Below, one piece after another: positions 19,265 through 29,694 of a DNA stretch of 64,000 nt. The position numbers and the translations under genes are program-made. Position 1 is the stretch's first letter. Each line of letters starts with the position of its first letter. The notes beneath the pieces were generated by a model. The model was not told where the DNA came from and did not search any database. It was given only the letters and a program-made list of their open reading frames with translations. Source of the DNA: an uncultured delta proteobacterium (lineage in GTDB: Bacteria > Myxococcota_A > UBA9160 > SMWR01); NCBI GenBank assembly GCA_963832165.1, contig CAWHTE010000003.1, positions 448,001-512,000 of the forward strand. The letters run 5' to 3'.

Positions 19265-22249
19265 CTACGCGGTGACTGCGGGGGGTCGCGTGGTCTCGAC
19301 GGCAGCGCGCGGTTCTCCAGCGAGCATGCGGCGGTCGGCTGCTGAATCGCGCGTTCGAGCGGCCCTGGTCTCCTGCCATCTCGCCAGCAGCTTCATGAGC
19401 TCGGCGTCATTCACGGGTTTGACCAGGTGCCCATCGAAGCCCGCTTCTCTCGACTTCCGGCGGTCTTCCTGTTGCCCCCAGCCGGTCAGCGCGAAGATCG
19501 CGATGTCTCGGCCGCCCTTCATGTCGCGGATGCGGCGGCACGCTTCGTAGCCGTTCAGCTTCGGCATTCCGATGTCGAGCAGGATCACGTCTGGCGCGAG
19601 GCTCGCGGCCGCTGCGATGGCCGCCTCGCCATCGTTCGCCGTGTGGGCCTCGTTCCCGGAGAGCGCCAGCACCTCGGCGAGAACATTCGCGGCCGGGCGG
19701 CTGTCGTCGACCACGAGGATGCGGAGTCGAGTGGCCACGGACGAGGCACCCGCCGTCGGCACCACGGGTCGCACGGCAGGCGCCTCGAGCACGGGAAGTC
19801 GCACGACGAACTCGCTCCCTCGACCCGGGCCCTCGCTGTGCGCTGTGATCGTGCCGTCGTGCAGCTCCACGATCCTCTTCACCAACGTGAGCCCGATGCC
19901 CAGGCCTCCCTGGGATCGCTCCAGCGTCCCGTCTACCTGGGTGAACAGATCGAAGATCGTCCCGAGCGCTCCGGACGGGATTCCGATTCCGGTGTCCATC
20001 ACGGAGATGACGGCCTGGTCTCCATCGCGACGCGCCGTCAGCCAGATCCGGCCGCCCGGCGCGGTGAACTTGCGGGCGTTCTGGAGCAGGTTGCTGAACA
20101 CCTGACCCAGGCGGATCTCGTCGCCGCTCACGTAGAGGGGATCCCGCGGCAACGTCAGCTCCACCTGATGCTCGAACCCGTTCGAGTGCGTGCGAGAAGA
20201 GACGGTGGCGGCGCGCAGGATCGCCGCGAGCTCCACGGTGTCGCGCTGCAGCGTCAGCTTCCCGTGGCTGATGCGACTCGTGTCCACCAGGTCATCGATC
20301 AGTCGCACGAGCAGATCGATCTGCTGCCCCATCATCGCGCGCATTCTCTCGATGGTGCCGAGATCCAGACCGGTGCGACTCAACACGGTCAGTGCGCTCG
20401 AAATCGGGGCGAGCGGGTTGCGCAGCTCGTGGGCGAGCATCGCCAGGAACTCGTCCTTGCGTCGGTCCGTCTCCCGGAGCGCCTGCTCCATCTGCTTGCG
20501 ATCGGTGATATCGATGATCGAGCCGATGTAGCCCTGGAACACGCCATCCGGGCCGAAGCGCGGCCGGCCCGCCGCGATCACCCAGTGGCACTCCCCATCC
20601 GCCCGGAGGACGCGGTATTCGAGCGAGATGACTGCGCGGTTCTCGTGTGCGACGCGGCACGCATCGCGCGTGGCCTCCCGATCGTCCGGATGCACGGCAT
20701 CGAGCCACCCGACTCCGAGCGCACTCTCCTCCGCCTGACCCGTGAACTCGTACCAGCCCCGCGACAGGAACGAACACTCGCCGCTCGTCTCGGTCACCCA
20801 GACCATCGCCGGAGCCGTGTCGGCGAAGCTGCGGAAGCGCTCCTCGCTCTCGCGGAGCGCCTGCTCGGCCTGCGTGCGCTCGATGGCGACGGCCGCCAGG
20901 CGCGTGGCGTGCTCGATCAGCTGCCGGTCGTGCGGGCCGGGATCGTGCGGTTGGCGGTAGTACATGGCGATCGTGCCGAGGAGCCGGCCGTGAGGGGACA
21001 GGATGGGCGTCGAGCAGCACGCGCCCAGGCGGTGCTCGGCCGCCAGCGCCTTGAAGTCAGACCACTTGGGGTCCGTTGCGATGTCGGCGACGAAGACCGG
21101 GCGGCGTTCGAACGCCGCCGTGCCGCACGAGCCCACGCCGGGTCCGATGCGGATCCCATCGATCGCCCGGATGTACGCGTCGGGAAGGCTCGGCGCAGCA
21201 CCGTGCGTGAGGTGCTGCCCCGACTCGTCGATCAGCAGCACGGAGCAGAGCAGGCCCTCGCTCGACAGAGATTCGATCTGGCGCGTCAACGCATCGAGCG
21301 TGTCGCGTAGCGGCACGCTCGACGTGATCTGCTCGAGCACCGTCTTCTCCGCCGCGAGCAAGCCCTCCGCGCGGTGCCGATCGGTGATGTTGTTGATCAG
21401 CACGGCGAGCTTCGGGGTGCCACCTTTGTCGATCCGCGTCACCAGCACATCGAACCAGTACTTTCCGTCCTGGCTGCGCCGTTCGACGCGCGTCGGCTGA
21501 CCCGTGCGGGCCGTTTCGCGGAAGAACTCGAGCCACTCGGGGTCGAGGTCCGGCACCACTTCGCGCATCGTGCGGCCGACTGCCGCGCCGAGGCCGGTCA
21601 ACGATGCGAACGCAGGATTCACCTCGAGCAGGCGGTAGTCGTGCGGCTCGCCCTGTTCGTTCGCGAGCACCTCGCAGGCGCAGAATCCCTCGTCGATCGA
21701 CTCGAATAGCGCCCGGTACCGCTCCTCGCTCGAGCGCCGCGCATCGACCGCGTGCGCGCGCTCCACGGCCTCCCACGTCCGGTTGGCCACTTCGCCGACG
21801 AGCGCGCTCTCCGAGTGGTGCCACGAGCGCGGCTTCACGCCATGCGCGGCGAGCGCGGCGACCCAGCGGCCGTGCTTGACCAGCGGCCAGCAGATCACCG
21901 CGCGAAAGTCGCGCTTCTCGTAGGAGGGCTCGCCCGCGGTGAGCGGATCGGATCGGAGATCGGCGATGACGACCTCCCGCCCACTCGTCATGTGCGAGAT
22001 CATCGCCGGCCCAAAGCACGACACGGAGCGAACGCCGACGGCGCTCGCCACGCCCGGCCGCGTCCAGTCGCGGTACACGGTCTCGCGATCGTTCGGAACG
22101 TCGATCTCGCAATAGACCACGCGATCGAGTTCGAGATGCTCACCGAGCAGACGACTGGCGAGCTGCACGATCTCGTCAGCGTCGGAGAGCGGTCGCAGCG
22201 CGTCGCTGAACTCTGCGAGGAATCGCTGGCGGTCCTTGCCGTCTTGCAC
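19265..22249 (-). CDS. Hybrid sensor histidine kinase/response regulator (GAF-PAS-GAF-PAS-HisKA-HATPase-REC)
   Basis: LAHELRNPL, NLLQNARKFT, DTGIGI, GLGIGL, ILVVDD, LLDIGMP; GAF (GSCGTAAF) and PAS (VHPDDR, DITDRK) segments. Confidence 0.95.
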   Translation of the reverse strand: MQDGKDRQRFLAEFSDALRPLSDADEIVQLASRLLGEHLELDRVVYCEIDVPNDRETVYRDWTRPGVASAVGVRSVSCFGPAMISHMTSGREVVIADLRSDPLTAGEPSYEKRDFRAVICWPLVKHGRWVAALAAHGVKPRSWHHSESALVGEVANRTWEAVERAHAVDARRSSEERYRALFESIDEGFCACEVLANEQGEPHDYRLLEVNPAFASLTGLGAAVGRTMREVVPDLDPEWLEFFRETARTGQPTRVERRSQDGKYWFDVLVTRIDKGGTPKLAVLINNITDRHRAEGLLAAEKTVLEQITSSVPLRDTLDALTRQIESLSSEGLLCSVLLIDESGQHLTHGAAPSLPDAYIRAIDGIRIGPGVGSCGTAAFERRPVFVADIATDPKWSDFKALAAEHRLGACCSTPILSPHGRLLGTIAMYYRQPHDPGPHDRQLIEHATRLAAVAIERTQAEQALRESEERFRSFADTAPAMVWVTETSGECSFLSRGWYEFTGQAEESALGVGWLDAVHPDDREATRDACRVAHENRAVISLEYRVLRADGECHWVIAAGRPRFGPDGVFQGYIGSIIDITDRKQMEQALRETDRRKDEFLAMLAHELRNPLAPISSALTVLSRTGLDLGTIERMRAMMGQQIDLLVRLIDDLVDTSRISHGKLTLQRDTVELAAILRAATVSSRTHSNGFEHQVELTLPRDPLYVSGDEIRLGQVFSNLLQNARKFTAPGGRIWLTARRDGDQAVISVMDTGIGIPSGALGTIFDLFTQVDGTLERSQGGLGIGLTLVKRIVELHDGTITAHSEGPGRGSEFVVRLPVLEAPAVRPVVPTAGASSVATRLRILVVDDSRPAANVLAEVLALSGNEAHTANDGEAAIAAAASLAPDVILLDIGMPKLNGYEACRRIRDMKGGRDIAIFALTGWGQQEDRRKSREAGFDGHLVKPVNDAELMKLLARWQETRAARTRDSAADRRMLAGEPRAAVETTRPPAVTA

Positions 22250-22395
22250 GTCGCCTCGTGAGTTGCAGACGGAACGAAGTCGGTTGCAGAATAACTCCTC
22301 GGCGCTCGAGCGCAGCCGCTCATCCGTTAAATAATCTGCGCGCGCAATGCGGCAATTTGCCCCGTGTCGCGACTAATTCGCGTTCGCAGTGGGGC

Positions 22396-23628
22396 TCAGG
22401 CCAGCGCTACGGGCAACGCGGCCAGCACGCGGAAGAGCGAGGCGCCGTACGCGAGCTCGTCTTCGCCGACCGCGAGCTCGAGCGACGACGTGCGCCGCAC
22501 GAGGGCGCCGATCGCCTCCTGCGCCTCCATGCGCGCGAGGTGGGCGCCGAGACAGAGGTGCGCGCCCCCGCCGAACGCCAGGTGCGGGTTGGGATCGCGC
22601 GCCACGTCGAAACGCTCGGGCGCTTCGAACTGCTCGGGGTCGCGATTCGCCGAGCCGAGCATCGCCATGAGGACCGCGTCCTTCGGGATCGACTTTCCGC
22701 CGAGCTCGAAGTGGGCGTGGGCCACGCGGATCGTGAGCGCGATCGGACCATCGTGGCGCAGGCACTCTTCGACGGCGCGCGCGATGAGACCGGGCTCGGC
22801 GCGGAGGCGGGCGAGCTCCGCCGGGTGGCGGAGGAGCGCCAGCACGCCATTCCCGATCAGGCCGATCGTGGTCTCGAAGCCTGCGATCAGGAGCCCGATC
22901 GACTGCGAGAGCAGCTCGGTCTCGGAGAGCCGATCGCCCTCCTCCTCCGCGCGGACGAGCTGGCTCAGAAGGTCGTCCGCGCGCGCGGCGCGGCGCTCCG
23001 CATGGAGTGCTCGGAAGTACTCGGCGAGCGCGGCGCCCGCTTCGCGCGCGTCGTCCAGGTTGGGATTGCCGAGCGACGCGGTGAGCAGATGAGTTGCCCG
23101 CGCGGTCCACTCGGTGAAACGCGCCTGGTCCGCGGTCGGGACGCCCATCAGCTCGCAGATCAGCGTCGCCGGGATCCGCAGCGCCAGCTCCTCGATCACT
23201 TCCATGTGGCCGCGCGCGAGCGCCGCGTCGACGCTCTCCTCGGCCAGCGCGCGCGCCCGCGGCCGCAGCTGCTCGACCGCGCGGGGCGTGAAGGCCTTGC
23301 TCACGAGTTTGCGCAGCCGCGTGTGGTTGGGCGGATCCTGGCTCAGCATGAACTGGCCCGGGCCCCAGTCGGGAAGATTCTGCGCCAGCCCCGGCAGGCC
23401 TCCGGCCGCCGTCCGCACACCGACCGGCGCGTCGCGGAGCACCCGCAGCACGTCGGCATAGCGGGCGATCTGCCAGACGCCGATCGGCGTCCGGTGGACC
23501 GGATCGACGCGGCGCAGATTGTCGAACAGCGGGTAGGGATCGCGGCGAATCCGCTCGCGCGCGGCCGGATCGAGGAAGTTCATGCCCAGCCACGGATCGT
23601 TCGGGTCGATGTCGGAGTGGAACGTCAC
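22396..23628 (-). CDS. Cytochrome P450
   Basis: DPPNHTRLR, AGFETT, EECLR, FGGGAHLCLG heme motif; GTGA overlap with the upstream gene. Confidence 0.95.
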   Translation of the reverse strand: MTFHSDIDPNDPWLGMNFLDPAARERIRRDPYPLFDNLRRVDPVHRTPIGVWQIARYADVLRVLRDAPVGVRTAAGGLPGLAQNLPDWGPGQFMLSQDPPNHTRLRKLVSKAFTPRAVEQLRPRARALAEESVDAALARGHMEVIEELALRIPATLICELMGVPTADQARFTEWTARATHLLTASLGNPNLDDAREAGAALAEYFRALHAERRAARADDLLSQLVRAEEEGDRLSETELLSQSIGLLIAGFETTIGLIGNGVLALLRHPAELARLRAEPGLIARAVEECLRHDGPIALTIRVAHAHFELGGKSIPKDAVLMAMLGSANRDPEQFEAPERFDVARDPNPHLAFGGGAHLCLGAHLARMEAQEAIGALVRRTSSLELAVGEDELAYGASLFRVLAALPVALA

Positions 23629-24830
23629 GCCGCCGCCCCGCTCGCGCGCAGCTCCACGATCTGCGCCGGGGTGCGGCCGAGCTCGGCGAGGATCTCGTCG
23701 GTGTGCTGTCCGTGCGCGGGCGCCATCGCGCGCGGCGCCCAGGGCGTGCCGCCGAAGTCGACCGGCGTCGCCGGCAGCTTGGTGGTGGTATCGCCGTCGG
23801 GCACGTCGACGAAGCCGCCCGCTGCGTGCACCTGCGGGTCGGCCATCACCTCGTCGACCGATTGCACGGGCGCCCACCAGAGGTCGGCCTCGGCGTCGAA
23901 GATCTTTCCCCAATCGTCGCGCGAGCGCGTCGCGAAGATGCGGTCGAGCTCGGCTATCAGCACGGCGGCGTTCTGCGCACGCGCCTGCAGCGTCGAGAAA
24001 CGGGGATCGTCGATCCACTCCGGGTGACCGACCGCGCGCGCGAGCGGAGGCCAGTGACGGTCGCCCTCGAGTCCGACGATCCAGAACCACTTGCCATCGC
24101 GGTCGCAGTAGTTGTTCACGCACGGATTGCCCATCGACGCGCGGTTCGCGACGCCGACGCCCACGCCGAAGCGCACCGCCACCGAGAGATCGAAGCTGAT
24201 CGTGTAGAGGCCCTGGCGCAGCAGCGAGGTCATCACGAGCTGTCCCTCGCCCGTGCGCTCGCGGTGGAACAGCGCGGCCGCGATCCCGCCCGCGAGCGAT
24301 TGGCCCGCGGTGTGGTCGCCCATGCCGCCGCGCTGGAACGGCGGGTGGTGGCCCGGTGCGGTGAGCAGGCCCGCGAGGCCCGAGCGCGCCCAGTAGCCCG
24401 CGATGTCGTAGGCGGCCTTGTCGGCATCGGGGCCCTCGAAGCCGTAGCCCGTGATCGCGCCGTAGATGAGCCGCGGATGCCGCGCGAGCAGGGTCTTGTG
24501 ATCGAGGCCCAGCCGCCCGAGCGCTGCGGGGCGGACGTTGCTCAGGAACACGTCCGCCTCGGCGATCAGCTCCGAGGCGATCTCACGTCCGGAGCTCTTG
24601 GTCAGGTCGAGCACGATGCTGCGCTTGCTGCGATTGTCGTTCTCGAAGATCGGGTTGAAGGGCAGATCTGCGCCCAGCATGCGCGAGAAGGTCCGCGCGG
24701 GATCGCCGATCCCGGGCGGCTCGATCTTCACCACGTCAGCGCCCCAGTCGGCGAGTACGCCGCCCGCGGCCGGGCCCGCGACCCAGACGCCGATTTCCAC
24801 CACTTTCAAGCCCGACATCGGTCCCGGCAT
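23625..24830 (-). CDS. CoA transferase (CaiB/BaiF family III)
   Basis: VVEIGVWVAGP, WGADVVKIEPP, NRSKRS, ITGYG, GMGDH, APAHGQHT. Confidence 0.92.
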   Translation of the reverse strand: MPGPMSGLKVVEIGVWVAGPAAGGVLADWGADVVKIEPPGIGDPARTFSRMLGADLPFNPIFENDNRSKRSIVLDLTKSSGREIASELIAEADVFLSNVRPAALGRLGLDHKTLLARHPRLIYGAITGYGFEGPDADKAAYDIAGYWARSGLAGLLTAPGHHPPFQRGGMGDHTAGQSLAGGIAAALFHRERTGEGQLVMTSLLRQGLYTISFDLSVAVRFGVGVGVANRASMGNPCVNNYCDRDGKWFWIVGLEGDRHWPPLARAVGHPEWIDDPRFSTLQARAQNAAVLIAELDRIFATRSRDDWGKIFDAEADLWWAPVQSVDEVMADPQVHAAGGFVDVPDGDTTTKLPATPVDFGGTPWAPRAMAPAHGQHTDEILAELGRTPAQIVELRASGAAA

Positions 24831-24953
24831 CGCCTGCCTCCTGGTGACTCGGAGTCGCATGAATATCGCATTGACTCCGCGCGCGGGTCATCGCACCCTA
24901 ACTCCTTCTCCCGGCCGCCCTGGCCGCCCACCCCAGCCAGAAGAGACCCCCCA

Positions 24954-26306
24954 ATGCCCGGAAGCGACGGAACTCAAAGCGCCGCCGATACGCGACGCCT
25001 ACTCGCGAGCCGCAAGATCGAGCGCGTCGTGGTGCTCGGCGCGAACGGCACGATGGGCTACGGCAGCGCCGCGCTGTTCACCCAGGCGGTTCCCGAGGTG
25101 GTCTTCCTGGCGCGCACCAAGGCGAAGGCGGAGGAGGCTCTCGGCGATGCGATCCGCCAGGTGCGCTCGCCCACGGTGGCTTCGCGCGCGGTGGTCGGCG
25201 ACTACGACCACGATCTCGGCAAGGCCGTCGCGAGCGCGGACCTGATCTTCGAAGCGCTCACGGAGGACTTCGAGGTCAAGAAGGCGATGTTCGACCGCGT
25301 CGAAGAGGCGCGCCGCGACGACAGCATCATCGCGACGGTCACGTCGGGCCTCTCGATCAACGAGTTGTGCAAGAACCGCAGCGCGTCGTTCCAGAAGAAC
25401 TTCCTGGGACTGCACTTCTTCAACCCGCCCAACGTGATCGTGGGCACCGAGCTGATCGCGGGACGAGACACGGACCCCGCCCTGGTCGACTTCATCGAGG
25501 CGTTTGCACGCGTGCGGCTCGGCCGCGAGATCGTGCGCACGCACGACACGCCCGCGTTCGCAGGCAACCGCGTGGGCTTCAAGGTCCTGAACGAGGCCGC
25601 GCAGCTCGCCGAGCAGATCGGGCCGCTCCTGGTCGACCGGATCGTGGGCCCGTACACGGGCCGCGCGCTCACGCCGCTTGCGACGATCGACCTCGTCGGC
25701 TGGGACATCCACCGCGCGATCGTCGACAACGTGTACGAGAACACCAAGGACGAGGCGCACGAGACGCTGAAGCTGCCCGCCTACATGGACAAGCTCATGG
25801 AGAAGGGCGTGCTCGGCAACAAGACCGGGCGCGGCTTCTTCTGGAAGGAAGGGCAAGGTCCGCCACGTGCTCGAGCCCGTGAGCGGGAACTACCGACCCG
25901 GAGTCGGAGCTCAAGCTTGCCCGACCTCTCCTACATCGCCGACGTAGCGAATCTCTACAGCCAGGCGCGTTATGCAGAGGGCATCCAGGTGTTCCTGAAT
26001 GCCGAAGGCGACGAGGCTGCGCTCGCGCGCAAGGTGATCGCCGGCTACCTCTCGTACGCGTTCCTGCGCGTGGGCGAGGTGACCGATTCGATCGACGGCA
26101 TCGACCGGATCATGGGTGCGGGCTTCAACTGGGCGCCGCCCTCGGTGCTCGTCGACACGATGGGCGCAGACTCGGCGGTGCGGCTGATCGAAGAAGCCGG
26201 GCTCGCGGTGCCTGATGCAATTTCGCGCGCCGCCCGGGCCGGCGAGCCGAAGCGTTTCTTCCGCGATCGACAGGTCAACACCGGTAAGTTCTTCGTCGCG
26301 AACTGA
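24954..26306 (+). CDS. 3-hydroxyacyl-CoA dehydrogenase family protein
   Basis: VLGANGTMG, FEALTEDFEVK, TVTSGL, GLHFFNP, FAGNR, LGNKTGRGF; locally scrambled segment at about 25850-25920. Confidence 0.9.
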   Translation: MPGSDGTQSAADTRRLLASRKIERVVVLGANGTMGYGSAALFTQAVPEVVFLARTKAKAEEALGDAIRQVRSPTVASRAVVGDYDHDLGKAVASADLIFEALTEDFEVKKAMFDRVEEARRDDSIIATVTSGLSINELCKNRSASFQKNFLGLHFFNPPNVIVGTELIAGRDTDPALVDFIEAFARVRLGREIVRTHDTPAFAGNRVGFKVLNEAAQLAEQIGPLLVDRIVGPYTGRALTPLATIDLVGWDIHRAIVDNVYENTKDEAHETLKLPAYMDKLMEKGVLGNKTGRGFFWKEGQGPPRARARERELPTRSRSSSLPDLSYIADVANLYSQARYAEGIQVFLNAEGDEAALARKVIAGYLSYAFLRVGEVTDSIDGIDRIMGAGFNWAPPSVLVDTMGADSAVRLIEEAGLAVPDAISRAARAGEPKRFFRDRQVNTGKFFVAN

Positions 26307-26325
26307 CGGACGGAGGAGGGGAGCC

Positions 26326-27562
26326 ATGACAGCGAAGCCTGAGGTCTACGTCCTCGGCGGGTACATGACCGATTTCGCCCGCAACTGGACGAAGGAGAAC
26401 AAGCACTTCTCGGCGCTCATGCGCGAGGCCGTGATCGGCGCGCTCGAGCGCACCGGGATCGCGCCCGAGGAGATCGAGAGCGCGCACGTCGGCAACTTCG
26501 CTGCCGAGCTCTACTGCATGCAGGGTCACCTCGGCGCGTTCTTCACCGAAGTGCACCCGGCGTTCTCGGGGCTGCCCACCTCGCGCCACGAGGCCGCCTG
26601 CGCGTCGGGCAGCATCGCGCTGCTCGCGGCGTCGGCGGAGATCGAGGCCGGGCGCTACGACCTCCAGGCCGTGGTCGGCATCGAGCAGATGAAGACGGTG
26701 TCGGCCGCCGAGGGCGGCTCGTTACCTCGGCACCGCGGCGTGGTACGCCGAAGAGGCGAAGGGCGTCGAGTTCCCGTTCCCGAAGCTGTTCGGTCGGCTC
26801 GGCGACGAGTACGACAAGCGCTACGGGCTCAAGGACGAGTACCTCGCCGAGATCAGCAAGATCAACTACGCGAACGCGAAGAAGAACCCGAACGCGCAGA
26901 CGCGCACCTGGTACATGAACAAGGAGCACGCGCTGTGCCGCACGGACGACAATCCGGCCGTGGGCGGTCGGATCCGGATCGCGGACTGCTCCCAGGTGAC
27001 CGACGGCGCGGTGTGCGTGTTCCTCGCCTCTCGCGAGTACGCCGAGAAGTACGCAAAGGGCACCGGCCGCAAGCTCTCCGATATCCCGCGCATCAAGGGC
27101 TGGGGGCACCACACGGCGCGCCTGCGCTTCGAGGACAAGGTCGCCGAGAGCCGCAACGACCGCTTCGTGCTGCCGCACGTGCGCAGCACGATCACGGACG
27201 CGATGGAGCGCGCGGGCATCGGCGACGTGTCGGGCGTCGACGCGATCGAGACGCACGACTGCTTCACCACCTCCGAGTACATGGCGATCGACCACTTCGG
27301 GATCACCGCACCCGGCGAGAGCTGGAAGGCGGTCGACCAGGGCTGGCTCGAGATCGATGGCAAGCACCCGATCAACCCGAGCGGCGGACTGATCGGCGCA
27401 GGCCATCCCGTGGGCGCCACGGGCGTGCGCCAGCTGCTCGACGCGGTCTGGCAGGTGACCGGCGAGGCCGGCGACTACCAGGTCGAAGGCGCGAAGAACG
27501 TGCAGACGCTGAACATCGGCGGCAGCGGCACGACCAGCGTGAGCTTCATCGTCGGCGTGTGA
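26326..27562 (+). CDS. Acetyl-CoA acetyltransferase / SCP2-type thiolase (one frameshift at about 26721)
   Basis: RHEAACASG in the first frame; [22 protein letters not shown] in the second; removing one T at about 26722 joins them. Confidence 0.88.
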
Positions 27563-27599
27563 GGTCCGCGATAGCATGCGCCTCGATCCGGAGGTGCCT

Positions 27600-29678
27600 A
27601 TGCCGCGCGCCCTGTTCGCCGCCACACTCGCGTTCGCTGCACTCGCGTGCTCGGGGTCACCCGAGCGAGCGGCGGCTCCGCCGCCGCTCGTAATCGACGA
27701 CGCGCGCCTGCGCGCGGCTGCCGACGAGCCGCAGAGCTGGCTCACCTACGGCGGCAGCTATGCGGAGCAACGCTTCAGCAAGCTCGCGCAGATCGACGCG
27801 GCCAACGTCGCGAAGCTCGGCCTCGCCTGGTACTTCGACACCGATCTGCCGCGCGGCCACGAGGCCACGCCGATCGCCGTCGACGGCGTGATCTACACCA
27901 CGGGCTCCTGGAGCGTGGTATTCGCCGTCGACGCGCGCACGGGGAAGCTGCTCTGGCGCCACGACCCGCAGGTGCCGCGCGCGACCGGCGCCATCGCGTG
28001 CTGCGACGTGGTGAACCGCGGCGTGGCCGTCTACGGCGGGCGCGTCTACGCGGGGACGCTCGACGGCCGGCTCCAGGCACTCGACGCGGTGACGGGCGAC
28101 GTGGTGTGGTCGGTCATGACGGTCGACCCCGATCAGTCGTACACGATCACGATGGCGCCGCGCGTGGTGAAGGGCAAGGTGATCATCGGCAACGGCGGCG
28201 CCGAGCTCGGCGTGCGCGGCTACGTGTCCGCCTACGACGCCGTCACCGGCGCACAGGTGTGGCGCTTCTACACGGTGCCGGGAGATCCCAAGAAGCCCTA
28301 TGAGACTCCCGAGCTCGCGAAGGCCGCCAAGACCTGGGATCCGAGAGGCCAATACTGGAAGCAGGGCGGCGGCGGGACCGTCTGGAACGCGGTCGCGTTC
28401 GACCCCGACCTCGACCTGCTCTACGTCGGCACCGGCAACGGCTCGCCCTGGAGCAAGCACGTCCGCAGCCCGAGGGGCGGCGACAACCTCTTCCTGTCGT
28501 CGATCCTCGCGCTGCGCCCCGACACCGGGAAGCTCGTCTGGCACTACCAGACGACGCCCGGCGACATGTGGGACTACACGGCCACGCAGGACATCGTGCT
28601 CGCGGACCTCACGATCGCGGGGAAGCCCCGCAAGGTGCTGATGCAGGCGCCCAAGAACGGCTTCTTCTACGTGATCGATCGCGCGACCGGTGTGCCGATC
28701 TCTGCGGAGAAGTTCGCGACCGTGAACTGGGCGCAGCGCGTCGACAAGAAGACCTGGCGCCCGGTCGAGGCAAAGAATCTCGACTACCGCAGGAAGCCGG
28801 TCGAGATCCGACCCTCGCCGATCGGCGCGCACAACTGGCAGTCGATGTCGTTCAATCCGCAGACGGGCCTCGTCTACATCCCCGTGAACGAGGTCCCGTG
28901 GCCCTTCCTGCTCGATCCCAAGTACAAATTCCAGCCGGGCACCTGGAACGTCGGCTACGACATGACGGTGGCCCGAGAGTTCCCGCGCGAGATCGTCTCG
29001 GGGCATCTGCTCGCGTGGGATCCGATCGCCCAGAAAGAGGTCTGGCGCGCGCAGTACATGATCCCCTGGAACGGAGGCACGCTCACGACGGCGGGCAATC
29101 TCGTGTTCCAGGGCACCGCGCACGGCACGTTCTCGGCCTATCGCGCCAACGACGGCGCACCGCTCTGGGAGCAGCCCGCCGGTACCGGCATCATCGCGGC
29201 GCCCATCACCTACCAGCTCGACGGCGTGCAATACGTCGCGGTGATGGCCGGGTGGGGCGGCGCGTTCGCGCTCGTCGGTGGCGATGCGGCGGCAGCCGCG
29301 GGTGTGCACCGCGAGTCGAACTTCGGCCGGCTGCTCGTGTATCGGCTCGACGGCAAGACCGCGCTGCCTGCGGCGCGCGCCGAGCGATCTCCGCGGCCCG
29401 GGGCGTTGCCCAGCAAGTTCGACAAGAAGATCGTCGAGCGCGGCAGCTACACATTCGCCCGGTGGTGCGCGACCTGCCACGGCGCGGGCGCGGTGAGCGG
29501 CGGCGTGCTGCCCGACCTGCGCAAGGCGGATCCCGCGATCTACGACGCGCTGCCGATGATCGTGCTCCAGGGCGCGCGCTCGGCGAACGGCATGCCGCGC
29601 TTCGATGCATTCCTGAACAACGATGACGTCACCGCGCTGCGCGCGTATCTGCTCACGCGTCGCGCCGCATTGCACTGA
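27600..29678 (+). CDS. PQQ-dependent quinohemoprotein alcohol dehydrogenase (type II), lipoprotein
   Basis: Lipobox ALAC; vicinal CC in [35 protein letters not shown]-terminal CATCH cytochrome c. Confidence 0.93.
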   Translation: MPRALFAATLAFAALACSGSPERAAAPPPLVIDDARLRAAADEPQSWLTYGGSYAEQRFSKLAQIDAANVAKLGLAWYFDTDLPRGHEATPIAVDGVIYTTGSWSVVFAVDARTGKLLWRHDPQVPRATGAIACCDVVNRGVAVYGGRVYAGTLDGRLQALDAVTGDVVWSVMTVDPDQSYTITMAPRVVKGKVIIGNGGAELGVRGYVSAYDAVTGAQVWRFYTVPGDPKKPYETPELAKAAKTWDPRGQYWKQGGGGTVWNAVAFDPDLDLLYVGTGNGSPWSKHVRSPRGGDNLFLSSILALRPDTGKLVWHYQTTPGDMWDYTATQDIVLADLTIAGKPRKVLMQAPKNGFFYVIDRATGVPISAEKFATVNWAQRVDKKTWRPVEAKNLDYRRKPVEIRPSPIGAHNWQSMSFNPQTGLVYIPVNEVPWPFLLDPKYKFQPGTWNVGYDMTVAREFPREIVSGHLLAWDPIAQKEVWRAQYMIPWNGGTLTTAGNLVFQGTAHGTFSAYRANDGAPLWEQPAGTGIIAAPITYQLDGVQYVAVMAGWGGAFALVGGDAAAAAGVHRESNFGRLLVYRLDGKTALPAARAERSPRPGALPSKFDKKIVERGSYTFARWCATCHGAGAVSGGVLPDLRKADPAIYDALPMIVLQGARSANGMPRFDAFLNNDDVTALRAYLLTRRAALH

Positions 29679-29694
29679 ACCGGAGGCCCGCCCC

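Noticed and set aside
28560..28595. Possible lanthanide-dependent ADH
   Set aside because: The motif is WDYTATQ; the second Asp (D-x-D) typical of lanthanide enzymes is absent.
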